Source: Octopus vulgaris
Lineage: Eukaryota
Direction: 5' to 3'
Length of the DNA: 64,000 bases
NCBI GenBank assembly: GCA_951406725.2
Contig: OX597820.1
Coordinates: 120,528,001-120,592,000 of the forward strand
Under the pieces are notes generated by a model that was given only the letters and a program-made list of their open reading frames with translations, had not been told where the DNA came from and ran no database searches. The position numbers and the translations under genes are program-made. This document shows positions 12,487-27,989 of this stretch, piece by piece; within the stretch, counting starts at the first letter, position 1, and every line of letters begins with the position of its first letter.

Positions 12487-13637
12487 AATAGTTCAAATAC
12501 CAACATGGCAATAGTGACATTCACTAGCATTTAGCTGCGTGATAACTTATAAACGCATATATTGTTTGCAGTAATTCAGTTATGCATACCTATCTTATAT
12601 TTTGGGGATATTTAACTCCTTCCGAATGAGATAAGATAATTTATTATAGATAATGAGATTAATTGCTTTTCATATCTAAGTCTTTGTTCTATTGACACCT
12701 ATTTGAAATTTTGAATTTATAATCAATTCTTATCCCCTGTTTGAAAACGATCAGGAAAATTAAGATGAGCTTTTACTTCTCTAAACATGTGTATTTGTTT
12801 TGTTATTTTATGAGAAGCCCTCTGATGACTTCTACATTTACGTAATGCTAACTTTAACCTTAAAGTTCAGCAAATTATAAGAAGTTTTTGTGAAGCCGAA
12901 ATAAATCTAAAACACGTCCTGAGTCGTCGCCCCTACTTGCAGAAATAATCAATATGATATTTTGCATCCATCGATATGCTCAGCTCTCCCCTATTTTTAA
13001 ATACGGTAATAATTACATTCCTAAGGAGAAGGTGCAATATTATATTCGATTGATTATGCATTGAAAGAAACAAAATTATATAAAATGTTCTTAACATGCC
13101 ATAAACTACTGGCTATATCGAAAATTTCAAGTGCTTCTATCTTATCCAGGAAAAGCTGAAATAAACATCAATAAAAAATACTATTCTATGGTGTTATTCC
13201 TGAAACGGAGCAATACATACGCCTACTCTCTAATATGGAGAAGCAAGGTTATTTCAGGTAAATATACATCCTGTGTGCAAAAACTGAATTTTGAAAACAA
13301 AGCATTTTGTATCGTAGCAGACTTTATGTTTTTCACATCAGCATACTTTGTATACAGTTGACAATAGCCACGATATTCGCATTCCATTCTAAAATTATCT
13401 CTAGAATCTAAGGTAAGTTATCTCAAGAGTCCTTGAACAGAATATGTAGATACACTCTATCTTAGTAATGATATTGCGGATTGTTACCTACAAAAAGAAA
13501 TAACATTTACTAAATTTCCCGCTGAAAATATCACTGTCCAGTAAAATATTTGGAGTGCGAATTGTAGCGCAACACACGTCATGTAATTCAATGAGTGATG
13601 AATAGCCGACTATTTTGTACTAATGTAAAGAAATCCG

Positions 13638-14052
13638 GGATCTTTTCGGTTTGAACGGCAATTTTTTCTAGCGGTGTCATATGAAATTGTCACCCATAAT
13701 TATGACTCTAGTATCGATGTATTGCATTTCAGTATGTTTTAGGGTTAGGGTTAGGGTTAGGGGTGGCGGGAAGGGTATCTTTTTTCTTCACAAATGTAAA
13801 TAAACCCAATCTGTTTCTAAAACGAGGGACATATTCATACGGCACAGAATGTTTTTACCTCAATGGACGTCATTGATTGGTTGAAATTGCAGAAATTGAA
13901 GAAAAAGAACAACAAATATCTTACAAACTATAGAATTTTCTCAACAAGAGAAAAATATGTTTTATAAACACATTCTACTAGTATACGAAGTTTAAAATTT
14001 TTTAGTTACCTAGAAATTATGTTAAAAACTGCCGTTCAAACCGAAAAGATCC
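13638..14052 (-). mobile_element. MITE copy 2
   Basis: Same TIRs; TSD GAAATCCG at 13630-13637 and 14053-14060; (TTAGGG)4 inside. Confidence 0.93.
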
Positions 14053-15804
14053 GAAATCCGTTAATTTTAATATTAGTGAAAGATATCCGCACTTTACAAA
14101 AATTCGGTTGCGTTTAATCTACCTGCATTACTTCAGTATCCGTTTAAGAAGATGACCATAAATTTCCAGGTAATATTCCTACCTGAGCGTCAGAAATTAT
14201 CCTACGAAATCGCTTATGTCAAACATAATATAGTCAACATTCAACAACTTTATTATTAGTAATTCCATTTTTAAAAAAAACATTAGATCAAAAACCATCG
14301 TTATATTATGCATCATAAGCCATTTTATGATCATGGTCATCACGATACTCGTTATCATTATTTTTATGATCTCAGTCAGGACCATGATCCTTTGCGTCAC
14401 AATGTCCATCATTAGTGACTGCAGCAACCATGGCTGAAACATAAATAACTTATTTAACAAAATAAGCAAGCATAAGTCGTCAGATATTTTTAGAAGCAAA
14501 TCGCAAATCCTGTCAGGACAACCTCATCTCTGATTGTAGTTCTGTAGAAGTGAGCAGGGTGAAGTATGGCACGGTGTTGGACTGTCAAATGCGATGTATT
14601 TCTGCATTATGAAGTGGGATATGGCATCGTACATTAGACAGTTGATTGAAGTATCTCTAATTTTGAGATTACTGAAGGAAACTATGTTATTAACTAGAAA
14701 CAAATTCGTCACAGATGGAATGCAGTTCCACCGTCATCAGTGAAGAGAAAGACGAAAACGAAGAAAATGAAAGCGCAAAATGTATAAATACATAAGTAAA
14801 TAAGTATATCTAGGAAGCAGTTGAATAGGAAAGTAAAGTTGGATACTTGTGTAATCATACGGTTTGAAAGAAAGTAGCGAAATATTTGAATAGTTGAAAT
14901 TGACTAAATTGATAAGATACATACTGTCTGATGTATCTGATAGTAATTAGGTTACATATATGTTTGGCGGATGATTAGTTGATTTATTTATTGTTTGGCT
15001 ATCAGTGAAACAAAATCAGAAAATGAAATCTATATCAGAGTTTCTATTCCCGCCGGATCGATTGCTATAATTGATTTTTACCGTTTCTCTCAAATACGTT
15101 TAACATAGCAATCTCTTGATACATTTCTCAAACATGGGCAATAACGCAGATATAATGGCAGAGATATTATTTTCAGATTTATGTTATTTTTCAGAATAGC
15201 ATGGAAACGAAATAAAATATTCAAATTTCATGCTGAAATTTGTATTTGATAAGTAGTCCCAAACGTTAATTTTTCAGTAACCTGAGAAAATTATCTGCAG
15301 CACGTGACGCTGTGCTTTCAATATTTGTTACATGAACGAAGGCTGTTGCAACACATATAAACAGAGTCTAAATATATGTTCGAAAATATTACTGAACAAA
15401 TTACTATCTCTATATCGCTATTCGTTAAAATATTTAATTTTAATTTGCATTTTGAATTCTTTAGTTATGAAAGTGATTTCTTCGTTTATGCGACGTAGAT
15501 TGTACGTCAGGATAAATTTAGATGAAAGTACTCAGTAACAAGAAAAAAAATCCAAAGATAGCCATCCAGTCTGCGTATATATATTTACACTTGTATTGCA
15601 TTGTTTTAAAGCAACATTGGATCTAAAACAAATAGTTTCGTTTGTGTCGAAATATTTTGTCAGACCCAAAATGTGCGAGTTTCTTGATGTTTCCAAGATA
15701 TTCGAATGTGCACGAGGCGTGCGTATTGTGGATTTTAATCAATCCAGCCTTTACAAATAAAATGTTGACATACTATGATGCTGGACCGTTCAGATAGATG
15801 AAGT

Positions 15805-15840
<36 letters not shown>

Positions 15841-15875
15841 GTGTGTGTGTGTGTGTGTGTGTTGTGTATGCGATC

Positions 15876-15934
<59 letters not shown>

Positions 15935-15935
<1 letters not shown>

Positions 15936-16110
15936 CAAATCTACAGAAAACAAACGACGAAGACAGGTGGATAAACAAGCAAATGTATTAGCTAAACTTT
16001 CAGGAAGAATGAATAGAAAAGTCTTTGGCGTTTCGAGACTACGCATTTCTACAGAAAGAAGAGAGGACGGGAAAATATATAAACCTAGAGGGAGAAAATG
16101 TGTCTAGAAG
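15935..16110 (-). mobile_element. Penelope pLTR-like repeat fragment abutting (TA)n
   Basis: Homologous in reverse to 22045-22212; decayed core CTGTAGA..CTCGAAACG at 16027-16054. Confidence 0.5.
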
Positions 16111-18357
16111 CAATCTTTCGGAATCAGTACGTAACAATAGAGGAAAAAACTCAAAGTTTGCTGTAAAAACAGGAACGGAATGAAAGAAGACGAAAACAAT
16201 CAAGATTTGTGTGTAGAAATCGTAATTAATCTAGATGGTATAGAAAAATGCAATGGATATTATACAAAGTATTTGAGATAGCTACACAATCCGGAGCAGG
16301 TGGTGGCCTTCTGTTCGGTGAAGAACGGGTTCACCACGTGCTTGTATTTACTATAAATTTCGGTTGCGGAATTCAGAAGTGCGGTGAAATTCTTGGATAA
16401 AAACAAATGCGTTTCTTGGATCAAAAAAGAATCAGCAAGAATGACCTGCATCATTTCGATCTATTTATATATTGCGTAGAATTTTCTACGACTCTCCACT
16501 TGATTGTGATGAGTATTTCGTCTTCAGTTCCCATATTTGGCTAGACGACTTAGGGCTATATATTTATGTGTGGGAAAGAACACTGATGTTTTGCATAACG
16601 CCCTTTAAATTTACCTTCATATAAACATTACAATTATTTTTCTTGATTACGTAATTATGTATCACTGCTTTAAATGTCAGCTTCATAATAAAACTGAGTT
16701 TATCAAACACGCCTGATCAAGCGGACAAAATCCATCGGCTTGACAGTTACAGGTGTAGGCTCTTGTTGTGACTACTTACTGATATTTGGATAGCAGCGAT
16801 ATGAAATTTTCATCAAGCTTCTATTAAAAACCGTCCAGACAGATATTACCGAGAAATGTGTATTTTAGAAATACCAGTGATTTCTTGCTTATATTACTTT
16901 TAACATTTAACGCGAACATGGGGTGGACCATAATATTTTCCTAGGTTTATTTTTAAGTGTCGTATTTGTAACTAATTAGTTGTAGATAGCTTATCTTGGA
17001 AGATGTTGTTAGCTAGTGCATTGTTATGGTAGGGGACTGCTTTGTCAAATATGTTCTATAAAGCGAATAGCTTAAGTACACTATTACCTGTGTTGGCTAT
17101 TACACAATAGCAGGGTGAGAGGACTGTTTATGTATATATGTGTGTATCTCATTGGGTTTATGATAGGATTTGCCACAGCGTGAGTTTAAGTCGAGGGAAG
17201 CATCTAAGAAACCAATATTTGACTGATGAGTTGATACCGTAATTCCGAAGCCTGACTAAAGCTACATATAAGTATATTTCTAAATTTATGAAGTGGGCGT
17301 GGGATATGCTCAAACTACAATAATGGTATAGGTCAATACCGTGGTTTCAGAACTTGAATCTCAAATTGTCTAATATACATAAGCCTACAAAATCACCAAT
17401 GACTACGCCCTCGTACTATCACATCAAACAATTCGTCCGGATTGTTTTTGTTTTCTTTTAACCAGTGCTGAAACCTTACAGAATAGAAAGGTCTCTTGAG
17501 GAAGTATGATACAGTCCAGGTCTCAGTTGTCAACGTTAATGATCATCACAGAACCGGCATATTCCGTTTCGGATTAATGATTTTGCTGAATTATTGTGTG
17601 GTTAAGATCTTAGAATACGCATAATCCAACAACTCACAATTTCATTCTATTTATAAAATATTCCCCGCGAACACTTAGAGACTTGTTAATAAAATAACAT
17701 AAAACATTTAATGGAATTTAAATGAAATGTTCGCTATAAAAAGAAAAAGGAAACATTGATTGAAAAATCATTTGAAATTTTAATGACATCAACAAATTAT
17801 TCCTCTTAGTCGGTTGCAAAATTAAGATCATGAAATTGTTATCAAGGAAATTTACATAACGTGATATGAAGGGCTGTCAAGATTAGTGATCTCTCGAGAT
17901 GTAGGGCTGTCGAATCATTTCGTTCTTTGCTTTGGATGATGGCTAAGATATCTGCAATTGATGTAAGCGGTAAAATATCTGGTAGAGCAAATACTGATCA
18001 CATTGCCGGTGAGGACATTTTCTAGTGATGACATTCAGGTTCCAGCCTCTTACACTATTTTTTAATCTGTCTTGCAAACGGGATTATTTCGTTATTGTCA
18101 CATTTCTTGATTATTTTACTCACCCAAATAAGCACGCACACACACACGCACACACACACACACACGCACGCATACACACACACGCACACGCCCCACCCCA
18201 CACGCAAACACAGATACACACAGACACACAGACACGGACACACAAACACAAATGCACACATATTAACACCCAGGCATACAAACACATCAATGATATATAT
18301 ATATATATATATTTATATATACGTGTATACATCTACAACACACATACCTCACCCCCC

Positions 18358-18406
<49 letters not shown>

Positions 18407-18599
18407 AGAGAGAGAGAGAGAGAGAGACAGAGAGTGAGTGAGTGAGAGAATAGTGTACATTTAAACACAAAGAGAAATTAACATATAACAGGCAATTTCT
18501 ACACGCTAGGAGACAGTCAAAACGACTGAAAACCACGAAATTTAAACAATTTCAAAGGGAATGAAAACCTAAAAACTTGCATTCGGGGATTTTTCCAGT

Positions 18600-19330
18600 A
18601 TTACTTTTGGTGAAGGAACGAGTTGGATGCTGCCAGTCTTCTTAGTGCCTCCTGCCACGATGCGTGTTCATCCGGTATTGCAGATAAGAAACTGTCCAGA
18701 CGTTTTTTGAAGACTTCCATGTCTACACCTCGCAGATCCCTGATGTTCTCTAGCAGTGTATTAAAAAGTTGTGGTCCTTTGAATCCCAAACTATTAGAAT
18801 ATTGGGTTCGTATCCTCAATGGAGAAGATGGGGCCTTTGGTATTGTGCAGTGCCGTCCAGTTCGGGGATTGTTGTAGATTTCGATTCAGAAATTTGGAGC
18901 TAGATTCTCCCTTATTTTCCCTATGTAGAGCACTGCATATCCCTTACATCTCCTCTCCAGGGAGAAGAGTCCCAGTTCCTTCAACCTCCCCCTGTAGCCC
19001 GTGTGTTTTACTGAATCTATCTTGTGTAGTGGCGTTGGAATATCTCTAGTTCCGCAATTAGTTTTCCGCTCTGTGGTGACCTCAGTTGGGAGCAGTAGTG
19101 CAGAGACTATGGACAAAATTTGTTCAAAGCAGAAGTATCGTGTTCTTGTTCCTGGTCCGGAAGGATCTAAGGATCCAGCTTGCCTCCCACCTGTGTTGCT
19201 ATCTGAGTGATTTGCACATGGAAAGTTGCGTCCTTACTCATATGGATTCTTAGGCCACGCACCGACTCTAACTCTTGAATTACATTGCTTGCTGGTCCCG
19301 TGTACATCACTTCATACAGAGCACCATTTA
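18600..19330 (-). mobile_element. CR1/Jockey-group LINE 3' fragment
   Basis: RLKELGLFSLERR..KI..PN and NSLGFKGPQLFNTL..FKKRLDSFLSAIPDE..AASNS, typical ORF2 C-terminus; frameshifted. Confidence 0.85.
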
Positions 19331-19481
19331 CTGAGGCAGCCGGACTTTAGGAAATCATGCAGCCACAGTCTCAGTCCACCAGCGGTACCAACGAACTGCC
19401 GCTGAGAATTTTGTCCGACATGCTATTGACTTGGCCAGCTCGCAACCTATACACACACACACACACACACGCACACACAAC

Positions 19482-19526
<45 letters not shown>

Positions 19527-20001
19527 TTTCTTTCCATCTTATTTTTCTTCCTATCTTATACAAGAGAATAAAATATAAACTCAATCCAATCTATTTAACA
19601 TTCACTCTATGCTTATTGGTGATACAGTATGGGCAGATTTCCGAAGTCCAATGAATCTTTATATATTTATACAGTTAGCCAATTATACAAATATACTTTT
19701 TCAAGATAAACCTATTATAATGGGTAAAATTTTTTATATATTTTATATGTTTTATATTGTGATGTAATCTTTGGACTAACAATATTTGCGGCTAAAGAGA
19801 GCTTTAAACCGTCTTTTATATCAATAATACACTGAGGTAATAGCGGTTTGTTTATAAAGCTTGAAACACGTGTACCGCGATACCCTTTGTGTTCTGTTTT
19901 TAATTTATATTTGATATTTATGCTCTCTCACCTCTGCCACTATCTGGTATATGCAGTTGCTTACACTTATCAAATATTCACTCTAAATTTACAGTACCTA
20001 C

Positions 20002-20405
20002 ATTTTTTTTTGGGGGGGGGGGGAAGCACTCCGTCGGTTACGACGACGAGGGTTCCGGTTGATCCCAATCAACGGAACAGCCTGCTCATGAAATTAACGT
20101 GTAAGTGGCTGAGCACTCCACAGACACGTGGACCCTTAACGTAGTTCTCGGGGATATTCAGCGTGACACAGAGAGTGACAAGGTCGGCCCCTTGAAATAC
20201 AGATACAACAGTAACAGGAAGTAAGAGTGAGAGAAAGTTGTGGTGAAAGAGTACAGCAGGGATCACCACCATCCCCTGCCGGAGACTGGTGGAGCTTTAA
20301 GTGTTATCGCTCAATAAACACTAACAACGCCCGGTTTGGGAATCGAAACCTCGATCCTATGACCGCGAGTCCGCTGCCCTAACCATTGGGCCATTGCGTC
20401 TCCAC
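20002..20405 (-). mobile_element. SINE family D, full length
   Basis: Highly similar to 12100-12486; 11-bp TSD ACAGTACCTAC at 19991-20001 and 20406-20416. Confidence 0.92.
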
Positions 20406-20413
20406 ACAGTACC

Positions 20414-20568
<155 letters not shown>

Positions 20569-20784
20569 TATACACATAAATGGATGTAAATGGTTCAAAC
20601 TTTTACCCAGATCAAATATAGTAAATATACGCTGAAGAAAATTGAAAAAATATTTAATGTTTCAAGCCTAGGTTCTTCTCAAAAAGGAATGAGGCATGGA
20701 AACAGATGGAGAAAAGAAAAAAATCCTGTCTGTATTGGAGGTTGCGCATGTTGAAATACAGATATGGACGTGGATATATGCATA

Positions 20785-21193
20785 CTCACTTTTACTCTTT
20801 TACTCTTTTACTTGTTTCAGTCATTTGACTGCGGCCATGCTGGAGCACCGCATTTAATCGAGCACCTCGACCCCGGGACTTATTCTTTTGTAAGCCCAGT
20901 ACTTATTCTATCGGTCTCTTTTGCCGAACCGCTAAGTAACGGGGACATAAACACACCAGCATCGGTTGTCAAGCAATGCTAGGGGGACAAACACTCACAC
21001 AAACGCACACACATATATATATACATATATACGACGGGCTTCTTTCAGTTTCCGCCTACCAAATCCACTCACAAGGTTTTGGTCGGCCCGAGGCTATAGT
21101 AGAAGACACTTGCCCAAGGTGCCACGCAGTGGGACTGAACACGGAACCATGTGGCTGGTAAACAAGCTACTTACCACACAGCCACTCCTGCGC
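20785..21193 (-). mobile_element. SINE family A, full length
   Basis: Near-identical to 7181-7602. Confidence 0.9.
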
Positions 21194-21335
21194 ATAAATA
21201 CATTCACAATCTATAACCTTTTATTATATTTGCTCATCTTTATGTCAGTGTATGTGTCTATATATCTATCTACAAGTTTGACTCTTTCTAGATTGTTTAT
21301 ATTTCTTCTCTCTCTCTCTGTCTCTGTATGTATGT

Positions 21336-21890
21336 CAGGTCACTTTCGAGTGCTACTGGTAACATGTAACCCAGTACAGCTTGTTGCATGGTCGGGTCTT
21401 CGGCGACTAAACCGGCAAACCCACCAAGCTCGCTTGGTGAGGAGGGTGTCTAGTGGACACCCTGCGGGATGAAAAACAAAACCTGTCAAAGGGCGGAGGA
21501 ACTCTTGAGAGTCAACGGCCATCCAATAAATGTCTTAAGGATGTATCATGCGCGGGGACATAGAAATAATCGGACTGAATACCCCGATCGCGCGGTTAAA
21601 CCATTGGGAGTGAAGGACTCCTAGCCTTTGTTAGGGCATCCTTCTAGGAGAAGGTAACTCAGGTAACTGGGATAACTCCGACATAAAACCTGCGGCTCAG
21701 TGGTTACCGATGATGTTGACTTGTTCTTCTCTTCGGATTATGGCTGCTGGTGCTTACTGAGTGGGATTGACTCAGTGCACAGCCTTTCCTCACTTAAAAA
21801 AAATTTTTTTCTTGCACAGGCATTGCACGATAACAACATTGATTAAGCTTCGTGCAATGGCTATATTCGATAACGTGGAGGCAGTCACCA
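21336..21890 (+). mobile_element. Unclassified GC-richer interspersed element, possibly RTE 5'UTR-derived non-autonomous retroposon
   Basis: Sharp GC step, TGTA repeats at both edges, motif GGCATCCTTCTAGGAGAAGGTAACTC resembling RTE-type 5'UTRs (from recall). Confidence 0.35.
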
Positions 21891-21916
21891 TGTATGTATG
21901 CATGTATGTATGTATG

Positions 21917-22019
<103 letters not shown>

Positions 22020-22044
22020 GTGTCTGTCTCGCTAGCCACTACAC

Positions 22045-22212
22045 ATTCTTTATTTTCTCACCTTGTTTCTTCCTGTGTTCCTTTCTGTGGAAGAGTGTCG
22101 GCTCGAAACGTTAAACACTTTTTCACTTTCGGAGCTTTAAACTAATGCATCTGTTTGTTGTCTACACCACCTGTCTTCGTCTTTCTTTTTTTTGTGCATT
22201 TTCCCAAATCTA
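22045..22212 (+). mobile_element. Penelope pLTR-like repeat fragment
   Basis: Homologous to 15935-16110; CTGTGGA-AGAG..GCTC-GAAACGTT at 22085-22112. Confidence 0.5.
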
Positions 22213-22359
22213 TATGTATACGCTTGTGCACGCATATATACTTACGGCCATATATGCATGCACACCCATCACACATATACGAAAACTCTTGTGTTGATAT
22301 GTGTACTTGTAAATGTGAATATGCGTGTCTGTCTATGCCTGTGTCAGTGTGTGTATGTT

Positions 22360-22397
<38 letters not shown>

Positions 22398-22729
22398 CAT
22401 TTGTGTGATGGGTTTTGTGTCCCCTCGCAAATTAAAATGAGAAGATTATAAAGATAGGCTACTCAAATGCATTATCGCACAAAATGACATAACTACAAAT
22501 AAATTTGCAAAACGTGTTTTGAGCTATTATATACAAAACACTAATTAAGCTTCAAACTATTAAATGAAGTCTTGCTAGTAAACTAACTAACCGTTTAGAT
22601 ATAACCACGATAGAAGGATTTATATTAGCTATCAAATTTTACACCCTCTCAATATATTACTTATAAATGCTTTTAGTAAACTATTATCATACGCTATAAA
22701 TTACAACTCCACATATATCTGTTAATTCA

Positions 22730-22880
<151 letters not shown>

Positions 22881-23717
22881 CATGCATACATACATGCATA
22901 CATACATACATACATGCATACACACATAGATACATAGATACATACATAGATACATACATACATACATACGTACATATACATGCATACATACATACCTACA
23001 TATACATATGTATGAATGTGTGTATGCCCAGAGTGGTAGAAAGAGATGGCCGTAAAGTAGGCAATAAAAACAGCGGGAACTCATATAGATGCATAAATAT
23101 AGAGGAACATAAATATGCTTTTATCTTTGTACAGTTTACAGTTTGTCACGAAAGTAAAGCTCGGAAATACAGAAGCAATATTTATAAGATGGACTCATCA
23201 TTGAAGTAGGTATGGCAGCTATTTGCATAGCTTCAGACCGGCTTTGACCCAATGGACAGAGGGAACGAGAGAGTAAGAATAATTTTGCTTGCTGCCTATT
23301 GTTATGCACTGGAAGCAGTATACATTGTATTAAAAATATTACTTTCCCAAATATATATTCCTTATTATACAACTAGAATCTCTAAAGCCAAGGTGCTAAT
23401 GCACATAGGCCAAGGAAGGTTCTTATTTGTTTGTTAGCTGAAGGAAAGAGGTCGCTAATAATTGATGCGATATTAAAATATGTAAAGTACTGTCGCGCAT
23501 AGCCAGGCCTGAAGTCCTTAAAAGTTAGCCGATTGCTGATTATTGAATCGGAGTAGAATGGATTTATATTGCTTTGTTTCCCAACATATGTTCCACAAAC
23601 ATTTGACAGAAAAAATACAAATAACACTCGCCCCTATCTGACGACGCCTAAAGTTATCCCATTCTATCTGCTTCTGTTCAATCTTCTAACCGCTAGACAT
23701 CAGCCATGATTTCTCAC

Positions 23718-23815
<98 letters not shown>

Positions 23816-24169
23816 TACAAACACACACGCACACACACACGCACATACGCACACACATACACACACTCACACACACACACACGCACACACGCACACGCAC
23901 ACACACAAACACACACGCACACACACACACATTTTAGGAACGTTGGGTCTTGAAGCAGAAGGGCAATGGATGATGGCGTACAAATATAGGTTTAAAGTAT
24001 CACTTTGTATCGAATAAGTCGAGGGCTGTCTATGGTTTTCTATAACGTGTATATCAGATATGGTTTCAAGGCCCAGAAGAGGACTTCGGCTGCTCTCTTC
24101 ACAGATGTATCTTGAACCCAATAACTATCCGCACTTATCTATAGCCTATCCGAATCGAGACATATAAAG

Positions 24170-24690
24170 AAATATTTATTAGTTGTATACGCGATCATCT
24201 GTGGCAAATGTGGTGCCCCCTACATAGGAAGCACAACAAGAAAACTGCATAAACGCAGAAAGAAACACACACAGACAGACATTTCCATAAAGAAAGATCT
24301 ACAGAAATGTCAGACCCGGGAATTCACAGTGCACAGCAAGGCAATACAGAGGAACAGGGGAAACCTTAGAATCTCTGAGGCCATCCTCATACGCTAAAGA
24401 AAACCAAATATCAAGAATAGAAGATTATTACAGGAAGGTAACTGGTTACTATGCCAATACCTTTCCGCGCATGTCCACTCCACACACGCTCACACACACA
24501 CACACACACACGCGCGTGCACATCATCAACATTCGTCAATTTCTTGAAAATATGGTCATGACCCCGAAATATTGAATACAAGGTAAGTGTACATTAATTC
24601 ATATATTTTTCTTAGGATTCGCCTTGTATATACTTCATATTGTTCTGGCCTTACTCATGATCCTTTACACAATATATTCTACACAATGCT
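24170..24690 (+). mobile_element. Penelope-like element remnant (GIY-YIG endonuclease plus 3' region)
   Basis: VVYAIICGKCGAPYIGSTTRKLHKR and LRISEAILIR*RKPNI; hammerhead-like relic at 24544-24573. Confidence 0.75.
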
Positions 24691-24776
24691 TCAATATATA
24701 TATTTATATATACATACACACACACACACAAATACACACACACGCATATATATATTTATATATAATTTTTTTGTTA

Positions 24777-25152
24777 TTTTACTTGTTTCAGTTATTTGAC
24801 TGCGGCCATGATGGAGCACCGTTTTTAGTCGATCAAATCGGCTCTAGGACTTATTCGTTGTAAGCGTAGTCCTTATTCTACCGGTTTCTTTAAACCGAAC
24901 CGCTAAGTTACGGGGACGTACACACACCAGCATCAGTTGTTCAACGAAGGTGGGGGACAAGTGCAAGCACACAAATATATACATATATGCGAAGGGACTT
25001 CTTTCAGTTTCCGTCTACCAAATCCACTCACAAGGCTTTGGTTGGCCCGAGGCTGTAGCAGAAGTCGCTTCTCAAAGATGCCATGTAGTAGGATTGAACC
25101 GTGCACCATGTGATCCGGAAGCAATACCATTACCGCACAGCCACACCTGTGC
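24777..25152 (-). mobile_element. SINE family A, diverged
   Basis: Colinear similarity to 7181-7602. Confidence 0.85.
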
Positions 25153-25347
25153 GTATATATATTTGAGAAAAGAAATAGTATGACTCACTCGTAGTCCTTA
25201 TCAGAATAATTTATTGTTTTAAAGTTTTATAATGTAAAGTTTACACTTTAGTTCATGATGTAGTGTGAAATGGTTGTTTACTTTTGAGGGGTATTTTTCT
25301 CGTCAACGATCGAATGATTGAAAATGTGGCTGTCATCCACTCATATT

Positions 25348-26020
<673 letters not shown>

Positions 26021-26099
26021 AATCTTTATTTTGTATAAAAGAGGAGACCATCCCGTTATTTGTTGGGTGGGGTTTGGAATATAATTTTTTTGGGGTTCA

Positions 26100-27045
26100 G
26101 TAATGGTACGTACCTCCTGATATAGAATTCTGCTTTATATTTCTAGAAATGATCATTGTCAGACCATAATTTAAACAAGGCGAAAATTTTAAATTTCCCT
26201 TTCCGCATGATGTGAAGTATCCACTGCAAGTGGTATTTCTTTCAGTGGGGGTCTTAATTTGTGGTTTCTGTACATGAACTGTCATGTAGTACCGTTCCAG
26301 TTTCACCAATATAGTATTCTTTACATCCTTTACATTGTGGGTACGTAGTACAGTAAATTTTTTCGTTTTCGAATTCATTTTTGCATTGTCTTTGAAATCT
26401 AATTGTTTTTAAAGGAGATTTGCCCACCCTTTTCATTGTATTCAGAGGCTCCGCATCGAGGGTTCCTGCATTTTCTAACTTGCATTGTTTCAATGTTAGA
26501 TGCAAATTTCGCCTTGGTGAGACATTTTATTAGTTTGGTGCTTCGCGTCTATTTTCTGTCATTTGTGAGTCTTTTATAACTGCGTTCATTTTGGGGGTAT
26601 TGCTGGAGAATTGGGAGATATTGTTTTGGCGGCTTTCACGATGTTGAAATCCCTTGCATTATGAGTGACGACAAAAGCGGTAACTGTTTTGTCCATTATA
26701 TCTTTTTGGCTTGTTTTTCTCAGTGTTGTCACCGGAATGTTCTGGGCCTAGGAGATGGCTGTATTAATAAAGTTCATAGGATATTCTTGTCTTTTAAGGA
26801 ATCATTTTCGTTCATGTCATCATTTTTATTCCCCTGGTGTGTGGGCTGTGTTACTACGGTGCAGATACATCTTGCCAATGTAAGGGGTGTATTCCTTTTG
26901 GTATGTGAGGGGCGTGCTGATCCGTTCGTGTGTGTTTGTTGGTTTGTAACATAGATCTGTTTTGATATTTCCCCATTCTTTAATGATATGGATATCTAGA
27001 AATGGTAGTTCCTTTCTATTACATTCCATAGTGAATTCAATTCCT
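26100..27045 (-). mobile_element. Decayed Penelope-like element (RT thumb to GIY-YIG)
   Basis: FTMECNRKELPFLDIHIIK..TDLCYKPTNTH then CKGCKEYYIGETG; multiple frameshifts. Confidence 0.85.
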
Positions 27046-27100
27046 TCAGGAAACAATACATACATACATACATAGACACATACACACATACATAGACACC

Positions 27101-27134
<34 letters not shown>

Positions 27135-27169
27135 GAGAGAGAGAGAGAGGGGGGAGACATACATATGTA

Positions 27170-27446
27170 CAGGCGTGGCTATGTGGTAAGGGGATTGATT
27201 CCCAACCACATGGTGCCCGGTTCAGTCCCACTGGCTCCTGTTTAGGTGGCAAGTAATAAACTGACTGGCCCTCGTGCCGGTGACACGTAAAAGCACCCAC
27301 TAGACTCTCGGAGTGGTTGGCGTTTGGAAGGGCATCCAGCTGTAGAAACTCTGCCATATCAAGATTGAAGCCTGGTTCCCAAGTCCTCAGTAATATCGCC
27401 CAACCCATGCTAGCATGGAAATCGGACGTTAAACGATGATGATGAT
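27170..27446 (+). mobile_element. SINE with family A head and a different body ending in (GAT)n
   Basis: Head GGCGTGGCTATGTGGTAAG..GGTTCAGTCCCACTG, then unrelated body ending GGACGTTAAACGATGATGATGAT. Confidence 0.65.
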
Positions 27447-27989
27447 AGATAAATAAATATTAAGATACATACATATAGCGATTAGATGTATGAGTCTGTA
27501 TGTGTTGCGTAATATCTATGACTAAAACTGCTTTAGAATGATGTAGATTGTCAACTGAATGGCTATGAATGTATTATGGTGTTTTATCAATCAATGAAGC
27601 ATGAACAGATGGTACATGTCCAACATATTAAGTCCGCAATATAGAAAACCGTGAAACAATTTGATAACTTCATGATCGAATACATGCAATTGCATCACCA
27701 TCCGACGTGGTGAGCGTGAAGGAAATAAATATTGATGCATTCAGTAGAAATTAAAATAAGATACGGTTATATCTTTAGATTAATTGATGAGGTACGTAGG
27801 ATGTGTCCTGCTCTCGCAACCATAATTCAGATTGAGCTCCAGGGAATCGAATAGCAAAGAAAAAGTAAAAAAAAGAAAGGAGAAGCACGTACAACATACA
27901 ACAGCAGATATGATTTATCATCGTTCGAGTTAGTTAATATTATTTAATATACAGTCCTACTTAACAGGCTGACATCAACAACAAACAAA

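Noticed and set aside
13739-13762. Telomere or chromosome-fusion relic
   Set aside because: Short TTAGGG tracts are all internal to MITE copies
14197-14499. Possible host exon (also 16260-16454 and 10105-10300)
   Set aside because: No recognisable domain or consistent splice signals; the first looks like decayed (CAT)n. Small host exons cannot be excluded without RNA-seq
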